Under the pieces are notes generated by a model, which saw only the letters and a list, made by a program, of their open reading frames with translations, searched no databases and was not told the origin of the DNA. Source: Hypanus sabinus (taxonomy: Eukaryota). Taken from it: a stretch of DNA of 64,000 bases. This document shows, in pieces, positions 1-12,039 of the stretch (its first letter is position 1; every line of letters begins with the position of its first letter). The DNA lies in the NCBI RefSeq assembly GCF_030144855.1, contig NC_082712.1, forward strand, positions 10,106,001-10,170,000. Reading direction: 5' to 3'. The position numbers and the translations under genes are program-made.

Positions 1-109
1 TGCCAGCTCTTATAAGCTGCACCCCTGCACACTCCACGCTACATCAGCGCCCCCTCCCGCCACCACCACCACCACACATACATGCACGTTAACCATAAAA
101 CTACGACTT

Positions 110-590
110 GCTGTATTTGGAGAAAAAGAGCATTGCGAACAGTTTTTGGGCCCTGCTCTAAGAAAATATGGGCTGGTATTGGAGATGTTCCAGAAGACGT
201 TCAGGAGAATGATTCGGGGAATGAGTGGGTTAACATAAGAGGTAAGTTTAATGGTCCAGGGACTGTATTCGATGGAGTTCAGAAGACTGGGTGGGGGTGA
301 GCTCACTGAATTCTGTTGAAAGGTCAAGATAGAGGAGATGCTGAGAGAATGTTTCCGATAGTGGCGAGTCTAGGATCAGAAGGGACAGTCTCAGAGAAGA
401 GGGATGTCCGATTAGAACTGAGATAAGGAGGAATTTCGTTAGTCGGGGCAGTGAATCTGTGAAATTCTTTTGTCACAGATGGCGGTGGACACAATGTCAT
501 TGTCTATATTTAAAGCAGAGGTAGAAAGGTTCTTGATTAATGAGGAGGTCAAACATTACGGGGAGAAGGCAGAAGATGGAATTTGGAGAA
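110..590 (+). mobile_element. CR1 LINE 3' fragment (degenerate)
   Basis: Decayed CR1 RT C-terminal and 3' sequence (IFKAEVERFLI-type peptide in ORF 470-658); boundaries approximate. Confidence 0.7.
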
Positions 591-3433
591 GGAAGTCTGA
601 GAAACAGAACGGGAGTGCTGCGGGAGCCATTTTGATTTTTTCTTCTCATCGGAGTTAAGAGACGCGGGACTGCGCATGCGTGTGACGTCGGGCAGTAAAG
701 CGTGGAAGATTTCAAAGGAACAGTCTTATACAGCGGGCAGCGGAGTGATCCGGGTACAGAGGCTTCGGCTCAAAGGGCTTAGGCGGAAACGAGCGAGGCA
801 AGGTAGGTTTAGTTTTCTATTTACCTGTTATTTAAGGAAAGAGGGAATAATGAGTGTAAGGGCAGCTTGTTGTTTTCGGTGTCGGATGTGGGAAGTTCTG
901 GAGTCTCCTAGCCTCCCGGACGCCTATACTTGCGTCAGGTGCGCCGAGCTGCAACTCCTAAGGGACCGCGTTAGGGAACTGGAGCTGCAGCTCGATGACC
1001 TTCACCTGGTCAGGGAGAGTGAGGAGTTGATAAAGAGGAGTTACCACACAGTTGGTCACACCGGGGCTACGGGAGGCAGACAAGTGGGTCACGGTTAAGA
1101 GAGGGAAGGGGAAGAGTCAGGTACTAGAGAGTACCCCAGTGGCTGTAACCCTTGACAATAAGTACTCCTGTTTGAGTACTGTTGGGGTGGGGGACAGCCT
1201 ATCTGGGGAAAGCAACAATGGCCGTGCCTGCGGCACAGAGTCCGGATCTGCAGCTCAGAAGGGTAGGGAAAGGAAGAGGAAGGCAGTAGTAATAGGGGAC
1301 TCGATAGTTAGGGGGTCAGATAGGCGATTCTGTCGACGCAGTCAGGTGACCTGGATAGTAGTTTGCCTCCCGGGTGCCAGGGTTCGGGATGCTTCTGATC
1401 GCTTCCAAAATATCCTGAAGTAGGAGGGTGAGGAGTCAGAGGTCGTGGTACATATAGGTACAAATGACCTAGGTAGGAAATGGGAAGAGGTCCTGAAAGG
1501 ATAATATAGGGAGTTAGGAAGGGAGTTGAGAAGAAGGCCCGCAAAGGTAGTAATCTCGGGATTACTGCCTGTTCCACGCGACAGTGAGAGTAGGAATGGA
1601 ATGAGGTACAGGATAAATGCGTGGATGAGGGATTGGAGCAAGGGGCAGGGATTCAAGTTTCTAGATCACTGGGACCTCTTTTGGGGCGGGTGTGACCTGT
1701 TCAAAAAGCACGGGTTGCACTGGAATCCTAGAGGGACTAATATCCTGGCGGGGAGATTTGCTAAGACTACTAGGGAGACTTTAAACTAGAATGGTTGGGG
1801 GGTGTAACTCAAATTGAAGAGACGAAGAGAGAGCAGGTTGGTTCACAAATAGAGAAAGCTTGCAGACAGTGTGTGAGGGAGGATAGGCAGGTGATAGAGA
1901 AGGGGAACGCTCAGACCGAAGATGTAGGGGAGAAGGAAGAAAAAGAAGATAGTAAAGTTGTTTGCACAGCTGGGGATAAACAGAGAGTAAGGGGTGGATA
2001 ATTTCTTAAATGCATTTATTTTCATGCTAGGAGCATTGTAAGAAAGGTGGATGAACTATGAGCATGGATTGATACCTGGAAATATGATGTTGTACCTATT
2101 AGTGAAACATGGTTGCAGGACGGGTGTGATTGGCAAATAATTATTCCTGGATTTCGTCGCTTCAGGTGTGATAAAATCGAGGGACAAGAGGGGGTGGTGT
2201 TGCATTGCTTGTCAGAGAAAATAACACAGCGGTGCTTTGGCAGGATAGATTAGAGGGCTCGTCTTGGGATTCTATTTGGGTGAAATTAAGGAATGGGAAA
2301 GGTGTAGTAACACTTATAGGGGTGTATTATAGACCATCTAATGGGGAGCGAGGGAGCGAGAATTGGAGGAGCGAATTTGCAAGGAGATAGCAGATATTTG
2401 TAGTAAGCTCAAGGTTGTGATTGTGGGAGATTTTATTTTCAACACATAGACTGGGAAGCCCATTCTGTAAAAGGGCTGGGTGGTTTGGAATTTGTAAAAT
2501 GAGTGCAGGATAGCTTTTTGCAGTAATACATAGAGGTATCAACTAGAGAAGGGGCAGTGTTGGATCTACTTTTAGGGAATGAGATAGGTCAGGTGACGGA
2601 GGTATGTGTTTGGGAGCACTTCGGGTCCAGTGATCACAATGCCATTAGTTTCAGTATAATTATGGAGAAGGATTGGTTTGGACCCAGGGTTGAGATTTTT
2701 GATTGGAGAATGGCTAACTTTAAGGAGATGTGAAAGGATGTTGAAGAAGTGGATTGGGACAATTTATTTTATGGGAAGGATGTAATAGCCTAATGGAGGT
2801 CATTTAAAGGTGAACTTTTGAGGGTACAGAATCGTTATGTTCCTGTTAGGTTGAAAGGAAAGGTTAAATGTTTGAGAGAGCCATGGTTTTCAAGGGATAT
2901 TGGAAACTTGGTTCGGAAAAAGAGAGAGACCTACAATAAATTTATGCAGCATGGAGTAGATGAGGTCCTCGAAGAATATAAAGAATGTGAAAAGAATCAA
3001 GAAAGAAATTAGAAAAGGTCAAAGAAGATATGAGGTTGCTTTGGCAAGTAAGGTGAAAATAAATCCAAAGGGTTTCTACAGTTATGTTAATAGCAAAAGG
3101 ATAGTGAGGGATAAAATTGGTCCCTTTGAGAATCAGAATGGACAGCTATGTCTGGAGCCGAAAGAGATGGGGGAGAATTTGATCAATTAATTTTCTTCGG
3201 TATTCACTAAGGAGAAGGATATTGAATTGTGTAAGGTAAAGGAAACAAATAGGGTAATTATGGAAACTAAGATGATTAAAAAGAGGACGTATGGCGCTTT
3301 TAAAGAATATAGAAGTGGAGAAGTCTCCGGGTCCTGACACGATATTCCCTAGGAACCTGAGGGAAGTTAGAGCAGAAATAGCAGGGGCTCTGACAGAAAT
3401 ATTTCAAATGTCATTAGAAACGGGGATGGTGTC
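590..3433 (+). mobile_element. CR1 LINE 5' part: 5'UTR, ORF1 (Zn-finger/leucine zipper + SGNH esterase), ORF2 AP-endonuclease; frameshifted
   Basis: CxxC...CxxC-LZ peptide (CCFRC...YTCVRCAELQLLRDRVRELE), esterase motif VVIGDSIVRG, APE start near 2005 (LKCIYF.ARSI, SETWL); many stops and frameshifts. Confidence 0.9.
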
Positions 3434-5430
3434 TTGTAGGGCATTATGTATCCCCCTCCAATAGTTTTTGATAACAGGGCAGTCCCCAAAAATATGATAA
3501 TGATTTGCATTTTGATTTCCTCAATTTCTCCAGCAAACAGGGAGGTTACTATCATAATGGGATTTCTGAGAGGGTGTAATAAAATATCTTATCAAGTTTT
3601 CCCATCCAAACTCCCTCCATTTCTGTGAAATGGTACACTTCCATTGATATCTCCATATTGTTGTCCATTCTTCCTCAGATATAATTATCCCTCCTTCCTT
3701 CTCCCATTTTTTTAATGTATGAAGTCGAATGTGTTTTAAGATTTGACAACCCCTTATACATGCTTGAAATGATTCTACTACCATTATCTGAATTATATGC
3801 TTTTCTAAAGAGCTCTATCAAGCATGTATTTGCCTTGGTTACATTTTTAAGCATCTTATTAACATATTGTCGCATCTGTAAATACCGATAAAAGTCTTGT
3901 TTTTCCAATAAGTGTTTCTCTTTAAGCATTTCAAAAATGAACAATGTTCCTTCTTTCATTATGTTGCAAAGAACTGTTATTCCTTTAGCTGTCCAGTCCA
4001 TAAATCTAGCATCCAATTTATTTGGTATAAAATCAGAGTCATATGCACACCATTTAAGAATTGCAATATCTCCCTCTAGATTATATTCTTTTATAGTAGT
4101 TTTCCATATTTTAAGAGTCAATTTCACCCATGGGTTATCAATAGTATTTATGTACCTTTGCAGGTTGTTATCAGCCAAAATTGCCTGTATGGGGATGGGA
4201 AGTACCCAATCTTCAATGTTTTTCCATTGAGCGTCATATGATGGGTTGCACCAACATATCACAGTTCTCAACTGTGCTGCAAAATAATAATCTCTAAGAG
4301 AAGGCAAGCCCCATCCACCACCCCACCCCCCCCCCCTTTACTATGCTAATTGCAAAGTTTTGAGATGAACTCTAGGCCTTTTACGCTGCCAAATATACAT
4401 TGATAGCATCTTGTTCCATTCATTGAATTGATTTTGATTAATCTCTGTTGGTAGGGTCTGAAAGAGTTATATGTGTGTGGGTAGTATATTCATTTTAATA
4501 GACTCAATCCTTGAACTGAGGCTGAAAAAAGGAATCAGGTTTCATCTTGCCACATCTTCCTTAATTTTTATATAAAGGCTGATAATTACATTCTGATAAT
4601 TTTGCCAAATCTTTTAGCATAATGATGCCCAAATATTTGGAAGACTCTGTGTGCCATGCCCAGGGGTATCAACTTTCAATTTCTCTTGGTGGGCTTTAGT
4701 AGTATGAAAGTAATTGGGTTTTATCTATGTTGATCTTGTATCTTGATAATTGACCATATTGTTCAAAGGATTGCATCAATTTAGGTGAAGAGTATGTTGG
4801 TTGCCCTAGATAGATCAAAATGTCATCCGCATAATAAGCCACTTTATGCTCTGTCCCTTTAATAGTAATTCCCCTTATATCCTCATTTTGTCTGATGTAT
4901 TGAGCTAATGGTTCCAGATATAACGCGAAGAGTAGTGGTGACCATGCACAACCCTGTCTCATGCCCCTTTCTAGGGTAAGACAATTTGTTAAATATCCAT
5001 TGATTTTAATCCTAGCAAGAGGATTGTCATATAGTGTCTGTATAGTTTTAATAATTTATCTTGGAAACTAAATCTATGTAAAACTCTGTAAAGAAAATTT
5101 CAATTAACCGAATCAAATGCTTTTTCAGCATCCACGCTTATCACTATTGCTTCGATTTTATTTTTTTGTATATGATCCATAATCTGAAGTTTCCTTCGTA
5201 TATTGTCTTTAGTCTGGCGTTATCGTATAAAACCTATCTGATCATTACGTATCAATATGGGTAGAAACTCCTCTGATCGTTTGACCATCATGGAGGTAAA
5301 TAACCTCTCATTTACATTAAGAACAGATATTGGTCGAAATGACCCGCATTCCATTTTATCCTTGCCTTCTTTTGGTATAGCTGAGCTTATCACTTCCTTC
5401 CAACCGGGTGGCATTTGTGCCTTTTTAGAG
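3434..5430 (-). mobile_element. L1/Tx1-like LINE ORF2 internal segment (RT and post-RT)
   Basis: [31 protein letters not shown] and LPSLRDYYFAAQ-type peptides in ORFs 5220-5414, 4696-4962, 3675-4307. Confidence 0.9.
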
Positions 5431-6160
5431 CCCAGTTCAGTGTGTATGTCCTATTTTGGTTAGTCCTACCAAAATGCAGCGCCTCACACTTATCAGCATT
5501 GAACTCCATCTGCCATCTTTCAGCCCACTCTTCTAACTGACCTAAATCTCTCTGCAAACTTTGAAAACCTACTTCATTATCCACAACGGCACCTATCTTA
5601 GTATCATCTGCGTACTTACTAATCCAATTTACCACCCCATCATCCAGATCAGTAATGTATATGACAAACAACATTGGACCCACAACAGATCCCTGAGTCA
5701 CACCACTAGTCACCGGCCTCCGACCTGACAAACAGTTATCCACCACTACTGTCTGGCATCTACCATCCAGACACTGTTGCATCCATTTACTACTTCAGTA
5801 TTAATACCTAACGATTGAACCTTCTGAACTAACCTTCCATGTAGAACGTTGCCAAAGACCGTACAGAAGTCAATATAGACAAAATCCACTGCTTTACCCT
5901 CGTCAACTTTCCTAGTAACCTCTTCAAAAAATTCAATATTTGTCAAACATGACCTTCCACGCACAAATTTACTGTTCCTAATCAGACATTGTCAATCCAG
6001 ATAGTTATATATACCATCTCTAAGAATGCTTTCCATTAACTTGCCCACCACTGACATCAAGCTGACAGGCCGATAATTGCCAGGTTTACTCTTAGAACCC
6101 TTTTTAAACAATGGAACTACATGAGCAATATGCCAATCCTCTGGCACCGTCCCCGTTTCT
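5431..6160 (-). mobile_element. CR1 RT segment, the direct continuation of the CR1 at 590-3433 but inverted
   Basis: GRSCLTN, VTSGVTQGSVVGP and YADDTKIG motifs; begins with the same 18-mer at which the plus-strand CR1 stops. Confidence 0.85.
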
Positions 6161-6610
6161 TTTTTTTTTGTAATTTATTTTTTTTATTGAAGTTCATCAA
6201 ACAAACATTTCCATAAGATGTATTTCAGACATTGTACATATATATCACAAAATCTCCACAAAGTATTTATCTGGGGTATACACTTATAGCAAAGTGTGGA
6301 AGAAAAAACGAGCAAAAGGAAAGAACTGTGTACAAATAGGGAGTGATCTTTTTTTTTTACAACAGCTTCATTGATTTGTGAGAATAAAATCAGGCCTATG
6401 AGGCATTATGTAGTTAAACCATTCTTCCCAGTATGAATCAAATTGCTCCAGTTTATGTTTAACAGATGCTGTTATCTTCTCCATTTTGTAAATGTAATTT
6501 TCCATTGTAATTTTCATCCCTGTATTTAAAGTTGAGCTCTCCTGTGATAAACATTTCCTAGTAAGAGTCTTTTTACCAGCCACCAACAGTATATTCATTA
6601 AATACTTGCC
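6161..6610 (-). mobile_element. L1-like 3' end with poly(A) tail
   Basis: ORF2 C-terminus (KYLMNILLVAGKK...EKIT...YWEEW) in ORF 6368-6637, followed by an A-rich tail (T run at ~6158-6190 on +). Confidence 0.8.
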
Positions 6611-6644
6611 CATGGAATTACATCGAAGACCTAACATGGATAAA

Positions 6645-6760
6645 AGAGATCAGGGTATGAAGGGTCTCAGCCCGAAACGTCGACAGTTTACTCTTTTCCA
6701 TAGATGCTGGCTGGTCTGCTGAGATCCTCTTGCATTTTGTGTGTGTTGCATAAAGGGAGC
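6645..6760 (+). mobile_element. Solo PLE terminal repeat with degenerate hammerhead motif
   Basis: gaagggtctcagcccgaaacgtcgac...gatgctggctggtctgctgag...cattttgtgtgtgttgc matches the PLE ends at 40.7 kb and 55.3 kb; the CUGA core is mutated. Confidence 0.75.
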
Positions 6761-6799
6761 CTTTTCTGGTTGGATGCCAGTAACTCGTGATGTTGCACA

Positions 6800-8080
6800 G
6801 GGGCCTGTGTTAGGACTAATTCTTTGTACGTCATGCGTTAGTAATTTGGATGATAGCATTGTTGTTTTTATGCAGACAATACGAAGATAGGTGGAAAGGC
6901 AGGCAGTTTTGAGGAAGTGGAGAGCCTACAGAAGGACCTAGATGGATTAAGCTAATAGGGAAATAAGTGACAGATGGAATACATTGTCGGTATGTATAGT
7001 CATGCTCATTGGTAGAAGAAATGAAAGCTTGACAAGTTTTTTAAATGGAGAGAAAATACACAGAAAATACAAAAAAAAGCGGAGCAAAAGGACTTGGGAG
7101 ACCTTGTTTAAGATTCCCTAAAGGTTAATTGCAAGGTTGAGTCTGTAGTGAAGAAAGCAAGTATGATGTTAGCGTTCATTTCAAGAGGTTGTATATAAAT
7201 GCAAGGTTGTAATGTTGAGAGCTTATAAAGCACTACACAGCCTCAGTTGGAGGATTGTGAGCCGTTTTCGTCCCTTTAACTTAGAAAGGATGCACTGAAA
7301 CTGGAGTGTTTCAAAGTAGGATTACGAAAATAGATCTGCCATGATGAAATACCGGAGCAGACTTAATGGGCCAAATGGCCTAAATCATATGTATTGTGGC
7401 CCTATGGTAAGTCAAGTAACCACCCGTTACAACAGTGATGTGCAGAAGAGCATCCAGCAAAAGTCTGAGGACTGGAGAGGATGGGAGAATTACCAGAAGA
7501 TGGAAAATCTGATATGCATTCCAAGTTAGATATGCAAGTTTAATAGTTACTTACACAATGCGCATTCTCAACTTCCCAACCTTTAAAACGTTAAGTGTAT
7601 TAGTTAATAAAAATGCGGTTATAGGGATTAATGCCAAATATGGTGACTGCCTCGGGTGGATTTATAAAGACGTCCCCAGTGTTTAAATCGGGAGCTGCCA
7701 AGGTTAGGACTGGAAATATTCTGGTTGTAGAGTCACCACCAAACTGTTATTCTGCCTAGCACCATCGATGCAAACATGCAAGATTGTCGTCCATAACACC
7801 CTCACTCCCCCATCAATGTACTTATTTAAATGTCTCTCAAGTGCTATCACAATTCTGTACAGAGCAAAGTTTGTACTGCGGACTGATGACGTTGTCCATC
7901 TATTCATCCTGCTTGACCCCATTAGGTATGTAGGCTTCAACGCCTTGCCTATTTAAGTGTTGGCTGATTACATCAAAGACGTTCCAGGTAAAAATCTCGT
8001 TCCCATAAAATGCCTTTGAAACCCTTTGTCCTCCATCTGTATAATCTATTTTTGATCCTCTTTTATGCAATGTTTGTTGC
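6800..8080. mobile_element. Old CR1 fragments (+ at ~6.8-7.4 kb, - 3' tail at ~7.76-8.08 kb)
   Basis: Recognisable but heavily decayed CR1 RT and 3'UTR sequence. Confidence 0.55.
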
Positions 8081-8503
8081 AAATGGGAAATATACCAACA
8101 AGAAGCATATCAAAACTCCATCAATAATTGAGGGCCAGAGATGATCCTCTGCTCATATCTTACCAGAGTAAGCACCAATGCCCAAGAAAGGAAAAGCTAA
8201 CAAGCGGTTGGTACAGGGAGTCTATCACAAGAAAAGCCACCCCCAACACAGTTGATTTACAAGCAGCGCTGCCACAAGAAAGCAGCACTCGTCAATTCAT
8301 CATCAAAGATTCCCCAAAATCCAGAATATGCATTCTTCCTTTTTGCCATCGGGAGGCAGATACATGTCTCTTGGGTCCCACACCACTAGGCTGAGAAGCA
8401 GTTATTATGCTTCAACTACAATGACCGCTGTTGAAAACATCACTTATCTTAACACAAAACTGATCACTGAACACAACTTATGGACTCAGTTTCAGGGACC
8501 CTC

Positions 8504-8660
8504 NNNNNNNNNNNNNNNNNNNNNNNNNNNNNNNNNNNNNNNNNNNNNNNNNNNNNNNNNNNNNNNNNNNNNNNNNNNNNNNNNNNNNNNNNNNNNNNNN
8601 NNNNNNNNNNNNNNNNNNNNNNNNNNNNNNNNNNNNNNNNNNNNNNNNNNNNNNNNNNNN
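8504..8660. other. Assembly gap (N run)
   Basis: Run of n characters. Confidence 1.
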
Positions 8661-8859
8661 ATGTGTTTTTCTCCCCTTTATATTAACTCAGGTTGCCTTG
8701 GTTTGCATAATGGTTATGTGTCAGTCTATCTGTGTCGTTACTCATTGATTCTATTGTATTTCTTTGTTCCGCTGTGAATGCCTGTATGAAAATAAATCTT
8801 AGGATAGTCCCTCGTGATAATATGTATATATATATAGGATCCTTTCCGAGTGCATCACC

Positions 8860-9590
8860 TAAAACCAGATTCAATTTCACCGACAAAGTACCCACACCCC
8901 CCATACCTCATCCCACAAGTCCCCCAGCTCCACCGAAGGTTTCCCTCTCAGAAACAGTCCCTCTCTTCCCTCCGCCTATCACCTTGACCCCAGTAACCTG
9001 TGTAGGCCATTCGATCGATCAGCCCTGCTCCACTAGTCAACACGTTCATGTTGACCATCCACTACTGCGCTGAAGACAACAATGTGTGTTCTCCATTATT
9101 GTGTAAAGAACGTTCTCACATTTCTAATTTCATCGCACTAGGAGGTCGAGAAATTTCTGCTGATCTCGGACTAGTTCAATGTGTCCCGAGTCTGTGGCTA
9201 CAGGCTCTGGGCTTTACAGATACTGTGATGAAATTAGTGTGAAGAATGTTTCAGCTATTGGTACCCCAGCCTGAAACTGGCAGCAAGACCCTGCAAAGAC
9301 AACACTAGTGTTCTTCACATACACTCACTGTTTGGGCCTCCCGGCATGCTGCCCTTTCCTTCCTGGGCCTCAAATACCCTACTTTTTTCGCAAGCTGTAG
9401 AAGGTCAAGGAACTGTTGAACTGCAACACTGACACTTAGAACTGAAAGGTATCAGGAAGCCGAGCAGAGAACAAAGCTATTCTTCGAATTTAATCAACAG
9501 CAAAGTTTGTCTCAATCCACTCATCACATTCTGTGTAAAACAAACTTGTCCCGTTGTTTAAACTGTCTACCCTACCCCCCACACCCAGAC
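8860..9590. repeat. Unclassified ~0.8-kb module, copy 1 of 4
   Basis: Shared blocks (gagaaatttctgctgatctc; ggaccctgcaaa; ggaactgttaaaccacaacactgacact; gagcagagaacaaag; cattctgtgtaaaacaaa) recur at 56.5, 59.5 and 61.5 kb. Confidence 0.8.
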
Positions 9591-10299
9591 AACTGTTTGT
9601 AGAGTTGGGGTGTGGACGAAGATGATCTTGGGTTGTGACTCTATACCCGCAGTAAGTTCCCCACAACGAGTCTGTCTACCTCATGCACTAGCACATGTGA
9701 ATTCATTTCCTGCTTGGTGAATTCCCAGACCACACCACGCTGACCTTTTCCACTGCAAACAGAAGCATGGGTCGAGAACCACGTTTCCACAACTGGCTGA
9801 GCAGTGTATGTCCGTGCATGTAGAATGGACTCAGAAAAGATGACCAACGCAACTACCCAGGTTGAGTAGCTCTTGGCCCTCATCCCTACTCATTGTCCTA
9901 AGCCCGATAGTGATCGCCGTCTATGCAGCGTTACTGCCGCCTTAATGAGGCCTCTATGCATGATCGTTATCCTGATCTACATATTGGGCACGCTCAGCCC
10001 AGAATTCCGTAACAGGTTTTAGAGTCAAAGGCCAATTAAAGACAAATAACATTTCTTCACGAGAACATGGCGCTCTCGTTCGATTTCTTCAACTAATTGT
10101 ACTGTGGTTGTTCCCTATGCGCAGAGCAAGAGCGACAGCAGAGTAGTGTGATTAAACATTTTTACTGAGTTATGTTAACTAGGATACACTCTGGGTAACT
10201 TACAATGCGGGTGAGACCATCCCGGTTTGGCATGGCGAAACGCATGCGCACTCGAAAGCCCACGCCCAAAATAAAGTGCCAGCCGCGCCTATGAGGCCC

Positions 10300-11230
10300 A
10301 ATTGTTCACCGTGAGAGCAAGCGACCACCTACGGACTCACCACATTCTCGCCAAAAGACAGATCCGGTTGGATGCTTGTCCAGCAACTGAGAATGTTTAT
10401 GACAAAGGATATATTTTTGAAAATCCTGGAAAGTGCGGGAATATGCAGCATATGCAGGGAACCATCAGACATGTTTGTATTTGAGAAGGAGAGCAGGTAC
10501 AAGGTGCCTAATGACCCTGTTTCCTTCACACCAAAAGATCTCGAACATAAAACAGCACAGCTCACTCGAGATCTGCCGGCCCACGATGTTGACTCAACTT
10601 TTTAACCCGCTCCAAGCTCAACCTTAATTTCGGGTGACACAGTCGAGTAGCGTTTATGGCTTTGCTTTTGAGCGCTAGTCAGTGATTGAACCGTTAGGTT
10701 GAATTCCCGCTGCTGAAAGAACTTTGAATTTAAAACGTCAGATTCCAATAACAAAGTGGACGAGGAATCGGGTCTTTTCCCAGGTGGCAAGCTGTAACTA
10801 GAAGACAACCGAGCGAATTTGCGTTTATGCCTCAGTGGTTCAAAGTCAACAGCAATGAACTGGATTAGCGAAATAATTTCAACACCTCCAACTCTGAGGA
10901 TAGAGTAACGTGAAGTGATTTGAGAACAGAAGAAAGGATGTCGCTGAAGCTGTACAGGGCCCCAGTGCGAATCTGTCTGAAGTTTGTGTAATTTTGAGTT
11001 TGTCTCAGTTGCGATGATTTATCCGGGAGCGAGTGCTTTGAAGGTTTCTTAGGATCCCGAGGAAGTAGAACTATTACCTGATGTGAGATTGAATCAGTTG
11101 GCCCCATTGTCACTGGAATTGAGAGGAATAACTGGAACTCATAAAAGCGTATAAAATTCTGACAGGACAAGGCGGGCTCTGAATGTCAGCGGGGCAGGAA
11201 CCATAAAACACAGACAAGGGAAAATGGGAA
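10300..11230 (+). mobile_element. Very old CR1 RT remnant
   Basis: Degenerate RT segments (GSF.RWQ.VT..., ELIKAYKIL) collinear with the CR1 RT elsewhere in the window. Confidence 0.65.
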
Positions 11231-12039
11231 AGCCATTTGGAAATCAGATCAGAAATGCCCGCACCCAGACTGCGGTAATCTGATGGCCCGCACATGGTAG
11301 GGGTGGATGCAACTTGTGGTTGGAAAACCGGTCCTCCCAGCCTCCTGCGGTGGATCAGTCTCGTCGCTTTCTGGGGACAGAACAAAACGGTTAACACGAA
11401 CCTTGTTCGTTGTACAATGACAACACATCCGATTCCCTCCGCCCAATTCACTTATAACCTTTGAAGGAATTTGGATCGAGGCATGAATGGGATATCTCAC
11501 AGGATAGATTTTATCGTCAGTATCAGTGTATGACAACACAACTGGAGATGAGCTCAAAGATGCATTCAATTGGAAACTCTACAGTGACGTCACAATATAG
11601 GTCGTGTTTTTGGCAGTAAGGTGGTCTTAGGGTATAGGATAATATTGATAAAATTGTATGGTGCTTAGATTCAGACTGTAAGTGCATGCGAAATAGCATC
11701 AGACTTTCGGCATTCATCCCTTCTGCTCTGCCTTCAATCGTGGTTGATTTATTATCCCCATTATCCCCATTATCCTGTCCTCATCCCATCATCTTTGATG
11801 CCCTTACTAATCAAGAATACATCAATCTCTGTTTTAAGTATCCCCACAGCCGTTTCCGGCAGTAAATTCCACAGATTCACTACTCTCTGGCTCAGGAAAT
11901 TCCTCGGAATATCCTTTCTAAAGCAAAATCCTTCTATTAATGGAAGAGTGAAGTTATTCCTGGCTGTGATTCAACTTCTAGGACACAGGCCTTTGAAATT
12001 CAGATTTCTCAGGATGAATCCGGAGTAGAGGGAAGTGGA

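Noticed and set aside
9641-9883. 80-aa ORF with a signal-peptide-like start
   Set aside because: No recognisable domain, splice support or paralogue; length is compatible with chance.
10602-10900. Paralogous minus-strand open frames containing FIAVDFE (also 60484-60678), resembling a DEDD exonuclease motif
   Set aside because: The plus strand aligns to a decayed CR1 RT (GSF..WQEV...NDLDEG...KFADDTKLGG region) and continues into clear CR1 sequence. The frames are antisense shadows and fall out of register with each other.
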